From a virus, in IMG/VR virus record IMGVR_UViG_3300021356_000012, positions 6,141 to 70,140 of that record: 64,000 nucleotides of DNA. One strand, 5' to 3'. The translations under genes were made by a program, and so were the position numbers. The notes under the pieces were generated by a model that saw only the letters and a list, made by a program, of their open reading frames with translations, had not been told where the DNA came from and searched no databases. Below, in pieces: positions 57,620-64,000 of this stretch. Each line of letters opens with the position of its first letter. Position 1 is the first letter of the stretch.

Positions 57620-60085
57620 ATGACTGAATTTTATACATCCGTGCTTCGTAGAGGCAACCAAATCTACTATCGGGGTGTTCGCAACGGCGAACGCGTTAAG
57701 AAAAAAATTCCTTTCCAACCACATCTTTATGTGACGGGTGACAGTGCGAGTAAGTGGAAAACACTTGAGGGTCAGTCCGTCATCGAAATGCAGTTTGACG
57801 ACATGTCGGCTGCGACTGAATATATCCAAACGTATCGTGATGTCGCAAACGTCGATGTTTACGGTAACAACAACTACGTTGCGCAGTTCATTACTCGCAA
57901 GTTTCCAAAACGTATTGACTTCGACCGTTCGTTGGTGCACGTCTGCAACATCGATATCGAGGTCGCATCTGACCAAGGGTTTCCAGAACCCGCAGAGGCT
58001 GCACATCCGGTAATCTCTATTGCACTTCGTGCGCACGACGGTACCTACTGGGTTTGGGGTATGGGTGACTACACTCCCGCCGATGGTGTTCTCTTCATCA
58101 AGTGCAGTGATGAGTTTGACCTACTGACTAAGTTCCTGAACTACTGGAGTACACACACTCCGGACATCATCACCGGATGGAACACGCAGTTCTTTGATAT
58201 TCCGTATCTGGTCAACCGTATGCGCAGAATCACGGGTGATGAGAAGATGTCGAACCGCATGTCTCCGTGGGGAATCATTCGCGAACGTAACGTCATGATT
58301 AATGGTAAGGCGAATCAGGCATATGTCCTTGAGGGTATCGAACAACTCGACTACCTTGACGTTTACAAGAAGTTCACCTACACGCAACAGGAATCGTATC
58401 GTCTTGACCACATCGCGTTTGTCGAACTGGGTGAACGCAAACTCTCGTACGAAGAACACGGGAACTTGTTCACTCTGTACAAGGAAGATTACCAGAAGTT
58501 TATCGACTACAACCTGAAAGACGTTGAGTTGGTGCACCGTCTCGATGAGAAGATGGACCTCATCTCTCTGGTATTGACCATGGCCTACAAGGCGGGTGTG
58601 AATTACACCGACACTCTGGGGACCACCAACATCTGGGACTCAATCATCTATCGCATGTTGAACGAGAAACACATCGTTGTGCCACCCAAGGTGGAGAAGA
58701 CCAAGACACCATATCCAGGCGGTTATGTGAAAGAACCACAGGTGGGGTCGCATGATTGGGTCTGTTCGTTTGACCTGAACTCTCTGTATCCTAACATCAT
58801 TGTGCAGTATAACATGTCACCCGAAACGGTGATTGACGGTCTTGTTCCTAATATCTCTGTCGATAGTTTCCTTGATGGTACCACCAAAGTGACCGAAGAC
58901 GGGTACTCTCTCGCACCTACGGGTGTGCGATTCTCTCATGAACGCAAGGGTGTCGTTCCCGCAATCATTGAACAGTATTACGCGGAACGTCGCATCATCA
59001 AGGACCAGATGCTCGCGGCTGAACAAGAGATGCAGAAGAACCCGTCAAAACAACTGGAGTATCGTATCACCGCACTCAACAATCAACAGATGGCGATTAA
59101 GATTTTGATGAACTCACTCTATGGTGCATTGGGTAACAAGTATTTCCGCTACTTTGACCAACGCGTTGCAGAGTCAATCACTCTTGCTGGTCAGTTGTCG
59201 ATTAAGTGGGCAGAACGTACAGTGAACACTGAGATGCAAGGTATACTCCAAACCGATGAGGACTATGTCGTTGCAATCGACACTGACTCCGTTTACATTC
59301 GCATGGGTGGTCTGGTCGATAAGTTCCAACCCAAAAACCCTGTTGCATTCCTTGACAAGATTTGCTCCACGCATTTCGAGAAACAACTGCGCAAGTCATA
59401 TGATAAGATGGCCGCGGTCTCTGGTGCATATGTCAATCGTATGGAGATGGGTCGTGAGGTTATTGCAGACCGTGGTATCTGGATGGCGAAGAAACGATAC
59501 ATCCTCAACGTCCACAACAACGAGGGCGTGGCGTACGCGACTCCGAAACTGAAGATGATGGGCATCGAGGCGATTAAGTCTTCCACGCCTGCGGTTGTCC
59601 GCGACAAGATGAAAGAAATCTTCCGCGTTATCATTGAGGGGACGGAGTCGGATACGCAAAACTTTATCCGCGACTTCAAGGGTGGGTTCAAGACTCTCCC
59701 GCCTGAGGACGTATCGTTCCCTCGTGGTGTGAGTGACCTCACCAAGTGGTCTGACCGCGACACCGTGTACAAGAAGGGTACACCCATCCATGTCCGTGGT
59801 GCCTTGTGTTTCAATAATGCAATCGCGCAGGCTGGTTTGCAGAACAAGATAGAACTCGTGAAACAGGGTGAGAAGATTCGTTTCTGTTACTTGCGCGTCC
59901 CTAATCGTTTGGGTGAGAACGTGGTGTCGTTCCCGCTAAACCTTCCGAAAGAACTAGGTCTACATACCCACATCGATTACGACATAATGTTCGAGAAAAC
60001 TTTCCTTGACCCACTCGAACCAATCTTAGATGCAGTAGGGTGGTCGGCAGAACCTAAGGCATCACTGGAGGACTTTTTCGGTTGA
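57620..60085 (+). CDS. gp43: Family B DNA polymerase gp43
   Basis: Exo DIEV, GWN...FD.PY; Pol [10 protein letters not shown]...NSLYG, DTDS; C-terminal clamp-binding SLEDFF; start placed at ATG 57620. Confidence 0.98.
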   Translation: MTEFYTSVLRRGNQIYYRGVRNGERVKKKIPFQPHLYVTGDSASKWKTLEGQSVIEMQFDDMSAATEYIQTYRDVANVDVYGNNNYVAQFITRKFPKRIDFDRSLVHVCNIDIEVASDQGFPEPAEAAHPVISIALRAHDGTYWVWGMGDYTPADGVLFIKCSDEFDLLTKFLNYWSTHTPDIITGWNTQFFDIPYLVNRMRRITGDEKMSNRMSPWGIIRERNVMINGKANQAYVLEGIEQLDYLDVYKKFTYTQQESYRLDHIAFVELGERKLSYEEHGNLFTLYKEDYQKFIDYNLKDVELVHRLDEKMDLISLVLTMAYKAGVNYTDTLGTTNIWDSIIYRMLNEKHIVVPPKVEKTKTPYPGGYVKEPQVGSHDWVCSFDLNSLYPNIIVQYNMSPETVIDGLVPNISVDSFLDGTTKVTEDGYSLAPTGVRFSHERKGVVPAIIEQYYAERRIIKDQMLAAEQEMQKNPSKQLEYRITALNNQQMAIKILMNSLYGALGNKYFRYFDQRVAESITLAGQLSIKWAERTVNTEMQGILQTDEDYVVAIDTDSVYIRMGGLVDKFQPKNPVAFLDKICSTHFEKQLRKSYDKMAAVSGAYVNRMEMGREVIADRGIWMAKKRYILNVHNNEGVAYATPKLKMMGIEAIKSSTPAVVRDKMKEIFRVIIEGTESDTQNFIRDFKGGFKTLPPEDVSFPRGVSDLTKWSDRDTVYKKGTPIHVRGALCFNNAIAQAGLQNKIELVKQGEKIRFCYLRVPNRLGENVVSFPLNLPKELGLHTHIDYDIMFEKTFLDPLEPILDAVGWSAEPKASLEDFFG

Positions 60086-60110
60086 CAATAACAGTCTGGT
60101 GTGGTATACT
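60082..60110 (+). promoter_or_regulatory. Sigma70-type promoter
   Basis: TTGACA-17 bp-TATACT. Confidence 0.75.
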
Positions 60111-60116
60111 CCCCTT

Positions 60117-60917
60117 ATGAAACTGGATTTAATATGCAAAAAGGTTAGGAAGGATATTGCGATTGACTTTATCCAGAAACATCATTACTCACCTGTCCTA
60201 CCTAGACTTACCAAACACTACTTGGGGTTTTACCTTGATAATGAGTTACGTGGTGTACTGACTCTTGGTTGGGGGACTCAACCCAAGGCAACCATCAACA
60301 AAATGTTTGAGGGTCTGGAATCTCAACACTACTTTGAGATTGGTAAGATGTGCATGGACGATGACATGCCTAAGAACTCTGAGTCTCAGATGATGTCTCT
60401 CACGGTCAAGTGGATGAAAGAGAATACTGACTGTCTCTTTCTTTACACCATGGCCGATGGTATCATGGGCAAGTGTGGTTACGTATATCAGGCATCTAAC
60501 TTTTACTTTGGTGAGAAATACCTTACCGATGTATACATGATGGAAAATGGTGAGAAACTACATCCTCGCTCAACAAAAGCCCTGTGCAAAGAAAACGCAC
60601 AACTCCTTGGTAAGGATAAAGTTTTTTGGTTAACGTCCGACTTTATGGTATCTAAGGGTATATCGAGAATCAAGGGTTATATGTTTCGATACATCTATCC
60701 ACTGAACAAGAAGGCGAAGAGACTCCTAAAGAAATCTACAATGAACTGGACGTTGGGTGAATATCCTAAAGACGATAGTTTAGAGTGGTTCGATGCAACC
60801 GTTGCACCCAAGAAAAAAATTGACCAACCTAAATTTGTTTTGGAGTTGGAAAACATTAAATATAATAGTAGTAACGTGGGAAACTCTAAGACTTCCTTGG
60901 AGCAGTTTTTCAGTTGA
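60117..60917 (+). CDS. Mom-like (GNAT-fold) DNA modification protein
   Basis: FIQKHHYS, GVLTLG, EIGKMC....PKNSES..MS, TMADG..G..GYVYQASNF; C-terminal SLEQFF. Confidence 0.65.
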   Translation: MKLDLICKKVRKDIAIDFIQKHHYSPVLPRLTKHYLGFYLDNELRGVLTLGWGTQPKATINKMFEGLESQHYFEIGKMCMDDDMPKNSESQMMSLTVKWMKENTDCLFLYTMADGIMGKCGYVYQASNFYFGEKYLTDVYMMENGEKLHPRSTKALCKENAQLLGKDKVFWLTSDFMVSKGISRIKGYMFRYIYPLNKKAKRLLKKSTMNWTLGEYPKDDSLEWFDATVAPKKKIDQPKFVLELENIKYNSSNVGNSKTSLEQFFS

Positions 60918-60943
60918 CTCGTACACTAAGTGTATGATATAAT
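60914..60943 (+). promoter_or_regulatory. Sigma70-type promoter
   Basis: TTGACT-18 bp-TATAAT with TG extended -10. Confidence 0.7.
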
Positions 60944-60950
60944 ACAGCAC

Positions 60951-61892
60951 ATGTATGAATTAACTATATTCAAAAACCAGTACGACAACAAGACGCACCG
61001 CCGCGTATCATTTGATTCGTGGACTAAGTTCGTGCGTACACTTAATGGTCTGTACAATCAAAGAGGGCAAAAAGGTGGTCGCGATAGTTCTGTTCTTATT
61101 ACTCCTGCTGTATTTGTTGACGGAGAAACACGCTCTAATCGAGCGGTTACTCATTGGGCTGGTTGGGCTGCCGTTGATGTTGATGACCACGATTATACTG
61201 CAGGGTCTCTTCGGGATTTAGAGGACGCCCTTCGCGAGGACTTTGGTCAGTATGAGTACGTGGTTTACAACACTGCAAGTTCTCGTGAAGAGATGCCCAA
61301 GTTCCGCATCATATTTAAACTTGACGATGTTGTAGAACAGGACAACATCAAGGCGTTCTGGTATGCACTTAATACTGAGTTGGGTGACATAGGTGATGCG
61401 CAGACTAAAGACATGGCTCGCATGTATTATGTCCCTGCCCAGTATCCGGACGCACATTCGTTCTTCTTCACCAACTCCGGTAACCCCGTTAACGTTTCTG
61501 AGTTGATGGCGAAACATCCGTATCACGAAAAGACTGGTAATACTTTCCTAGATAGGCTACCACCCGCACTTGCATCTGTGGTAATACAACACCGTAAGGA
61601 TAGTCTAAATAACACCGACTACAGATGGTCGTCATACCGTGATTGTCCTTTCTGGCCTAAGAAGATGGGTGCGAAATACATGCAAATCACGGGCGAGGGA
61701 TGGTATCGTGGTATGTACGCAATCATGGTCGCAATTGCGGGTAATGCATATGAGAAGGGGTATCCCATCACCGCAAAACAAATAGAAGACCTCTGTCGTG
61801 AGTTCGACCGTGACACGGGTAACTGGTACGAGTCCAGACCCATGGCGAAAGAGGCAGACAGGGCACTTGAATACATTTATAGGAATGGGTAA
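60951..61892 (+). CDS. AEP-superfamily primase-polymerase-like protein
   Basis: W.AVDVDD (DxD), Y.TASS....PKFRII, D..TKD.AR.YY. Confidence 0.6.
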   Translation: MYELTIFKNQYDNKTHRRVSFDSWTKFVRTLNGLYNQRGQKGGRDSSVLITPAVFVDGETRSNRAVTHWAGWAAVDVDDHDYTAGSLRDLEDALREDFGQYEYVVYNTASSREEMPKFRIIFKLDDVVEQDNIKAFWYALNTELGDIGDAQTKDMARMYYVPAQYPDAHSFFFTNSGNPVNVSELMAKHPYHEKTGNTFLDRLPPALASVVIQHRKDSLNNTDYRWSSYRDCPFWPKKMGAKYMQITGEGWYRGMYAIMVAIAGNAYEKGYPITAKQIEDLCREFDRDTGNWYESRPMAKEADRALEYIYRNG

Positions 61893-61896
61893 GTAA

Positions 61897-62835
61897 ATGA
61901 GAATCTTAGTAACAGGCGCGGCAGGTTTTATTGGTTCGCAACTAGCAAAAAGTCTAATGGATGCAGGACATACCGTCAAAGGCATCGATAACTTCAACAA
62001 TCACTTATATGAACCGCAACTCAAACGTGACCGTATGGTTCACTTTGGTCTCGACATTTGGGGTTGTGATTTAAAGGACAACATTAAGACCGAGGCGTTG
62101 TTGCGAGACTTCGAACCTCAAGTCATCATCCACTTGGCCGCACTCGCGGGTGTACGTGACTCTCTAGGTAAAGAGAAACACTATCACGCCAACAACATTG
62201 ACGCAACACAGAATCTTATCGACATCTGTAAGACACATCTACCCGACGTGCGTATCATCTACGCATCAACGTCTTGTGTCTACGCAGGGTCTCAGACTCC
62301 GTGGACAGAAGGTCAAGAGACAGGTAAACAGTTGAACGCATATGGATACACCAAGTGGGCGAACGAGTGTCAGTTCCAATCGTCGGGACTCAACACGGTC
62401 GGTCTGCGATTCTTTACGGTCTATGGACCTTGGGGTCGTCCGGACATGGCATTGTTCGATTTCACTAAAAATATCCTTGCAGGAAACGAGATTACCGTGT
62501 ATAATTACGGTGATATGAAACGCGACTTTACGTACGTGGACGATATCATTGATGGTATCGAATGCGTACTTCGTCACGCAGAGATTCCTTCGGGAGAAAT
62601 TTTCAACATCGGTCGTGGTGAACAAGTCAACTTGATGGACTTCATTGCAGAGATTGAGAAGAACACGGGTAAAGAGGCCATCAAGAACTTGGCACCTAAA
62701 CATCCGGCAGATACCAAGGAGACTTGGAGTAACACTGCGAAACTTGAACAGTATGGATATTCACCCAAGGTAAGTATTGGGGAAGGTGTCCGTCGTTTTT
62801 ATGAATGGTACAAAACTTATAATGAGGTAGACTAA
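61897..62835 (+). CDS. NAD-dependent epimerase (UDP-glucuronate 4-epimerase-like)
   Basis: TGAAGFIG, HLAALAGVR.S, Y...K, LRFFTVYGPWGRPDMA, RDFTYVDDI. Confidence 0.9.
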   Translation: MRILVTGAAGFIGSQLAKSLMDAGHTVKGIDNFNNHLYEPQLKRDRMVHFGLDIWGCDLKDNIKTEALLRDFEPQVIIHLAALAGVRDSLGKEKHYHANNIDATQNLIDICKTHLPDVRIIYASTSCVYAGSQTPWTEGQETGKQLNAYGYTKWANECQFQSSGLNTVGLRFFTVYGPWGRPDMALFDFTKNILAGNEITVYNYGDMKRDFTYVDDIIDGIECVLRHAEIPSGEIFNIGRGEQVNLMDFIAEIEKNTGKEAIKNLAPKHPADTKETWSNTAKLEQYGYSPKVSIGEGVRRFYEWYKTYNEVD

Positions 62836-63806
62836 TGTCTAACGACTTGCCACTGAGTCCAACGAATCCGTTTCGTATGGGCATTGTGGGTCATGGCTTT
62901 GTTGGTCAGGCGCTCGAGTATGCGTTTACGCATCCGATGCTGGACTTCAAACTAATTGACCCCAAATACAACACGAATGTCGATGACCTAAAGTCATACG
63001 ACCCTCATTGCGTCTTTATATGTGCACCGACTCCGTCACTGGACTCGGGTCACGTAGATTCTTCTATTGTAGAAGACGCAGTGTTGAAGTGTTTGAAACA
63101 CACTAACGCACTGGTAGTAGTTAAATCAACAATTACTCCAGACGTTATCACGCGACTCTACAACTCGATGAGTCGTCGCGAGACAGACCGTTTCGCATAC
63201 AATCCTGAGTTCTTGACTGAGAAGAACGCGAAGGCAGACTTCGTGACTGCAAAGTATCATGTCATCGGTGGGTCACCACAGGCGACACAAGAACTAATCG
63301 AAATTTACGATATCTTTTCTGGTTGTGAGTCTAACGACTATCATCGCATGACTGCGTTTGAGGCATCGTTTGTTAAGTATGCAATCAACTCATACTTGTC
63401 AACTAAGGTGACTTTCTTCAACCAGTTATATGACCTTGTCAATGCGTACGGGTGTTCTTATAATATAATCACTCGTGCAGTAGGTCTTGACGACCGCGTT
63501 GGTATGGGTCACACCCGTGTCCCTGGCTTCGATGGTAAACGCGGATTCGGTGGAGCATGTCTACCAAAAGACACTAAGGCATTCCTTGGGTTCTCTACAG
63601 TGGAGACTGAGGACGGTGAGGCGTCTTTTGATTTACTTGAAAAAGTTCTTGACATCAACACCCGTTATCGTGTACAGTATGAGCTTGATGAACGTGAAAA
63701 AGTAAACAATATTACTTTCGTAGATTTTGGAGACAAACATGTCGATAATGGACAAACTGAAGAAGAACTCAAAAATCAAGGAGACGGAGACGCTCTCCCA
63801 GAGTAG
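62835..63806 (+). CDS. ugd: UDP-glucose/GDP-mannose dehydrogenase family protein (short form)
   Basis: GHGFVG, FICAPTP, KSTITP, YNPEFL.E, KY..N.YL..KVTFFN, GFGGACLPKD. Confidence 0.85.
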   Translation: MSNDLPLSPTNPFRMGIVGHGFVGQALEYAFTHPMLDFKLIDPKYNTNVDDLKSYDPHCVFICAPTPSLDSGHVDSSIVEDAVLKCLKHTNALVVVKSTITPDVITRLYNSMSRRETDRFAYNPEFLTEKNAKADFVTAKYHVIGGSPQATQELIEIYDIFSGCESNDYHRMTAFEASFVKYAINSYLSTKVTFFNQLYDLVNAYGCSYNIITRAVGLDDRVGMGHTRVPGFDGKRGFGGACLPKDTKAFLGFSTVETEDGEASFDLLEKVLDINTRYRVQYELDEREKVNNITFVDFGDKHVDNGQTEEELKNQGDGDALPE

Positions 63807-64000
63807 GTTCTTTAACGAAAATGAGATGGTGCCGACCGACGTTCCGATGGTGAACGTCGCGTTATCCGGTTCTGTCAATGGTGGTGTCATGCCTGGGCTC
63901 ACTGTCCTCGCGGGACCATCGAAACACTTCAAGACATCATTCGCATTACTCATGGCAGGTGCGTATCTAAACGCTAAACCAGATGCGGTGATGTTGTTCT
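63739..64000 (+). CDS. uvsX: RecA-like recombinase UvsX, 3'-truncated (not in the ORF track)
   Basis: MSIMDKLKKNSKIK...TDVPMVNVALSGS..GG..PGLTVLAGPSKHFKTSFAL; GGAGA SD. Confidence 0.92.
   Translation, partial: MSIMDKLKKNSKIKETETLSQSRFFNENEMVPTDVPMVNVALSGSVNGGVMPGLTVLAGPSKHFKTSFALLMAGAYLNAKPDAVMLF

Noticed and set aside
28779-60085. Introns, inteins or homing endonucleases in terminase, gp46, uvsW or gp43
   Set aside because: All are uninterrupted and of normal length; no HNH, GIY-YIG or LAGLIDADG motif was seen.
192-63953. Numerous minus-strand and alternate-frame ORFs in the track (e.g. 2208..3116, 17235..17762, 59293..59847, 53912..54244)
   Set aside because: They are shadows of strongly codon-biased plus-strand genes, with no motifs or ribosome-binding sites.
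1-64000. Stop-codon reassignment
   Set aside because: Core genes are full length in the standard code, and TAA, TAG and TGA all occur as gene ends.

Overview
This is a 64-kb segment of a large T4-like myophage, most likely infecting a marine or aquatic proteobacterium (inferred from the AOX gene, a ROSE-like hsp20 leader and sigma70-type promoters). All credible genes lie on the + strand. The order is: virion/tail-tip and fibre genes (1-25.9 kb), the conserved T4 neck-terminase-tail-head block gp13-gp23 plus gp3 (26-38.7 kb), then the recombination/replication block uvsY-uvsW-gp55-gp47-gp46-gp45-gp44-gp62-regA-gp43-uvsX. The replication block is interrupted by many accessory enzymes. Main observations: (1) A 1566-aa repeat protein has Arg/Thr-rich and Gly/Asn/aromatic-rich blocks arranged as an exact complementary mirror (boundary residue numbers sum to 1808). 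This suggests a giant self-pairing beta-hairpin filament, and it is followed by a glycosyltransferase and an oxygenase-like gene. (2) A C5-cytosine methyltransferase with an Asn-to-Arg change in motif X overlaps a CmoA-like carboxy-SAM synthase, which points to 5-carboxymethylcytosine DNA; a Mom-like gene lies nearby. (3) There is a rare tRNA-Thr(AGU), an alternative oxidase, a ROSE-like thermometer, three apparently leaderless replication-region genes, and a perfect antisense sigma70 promoter. All calls come from reading the sequence and recognising motifs; no database searches or computations were run.
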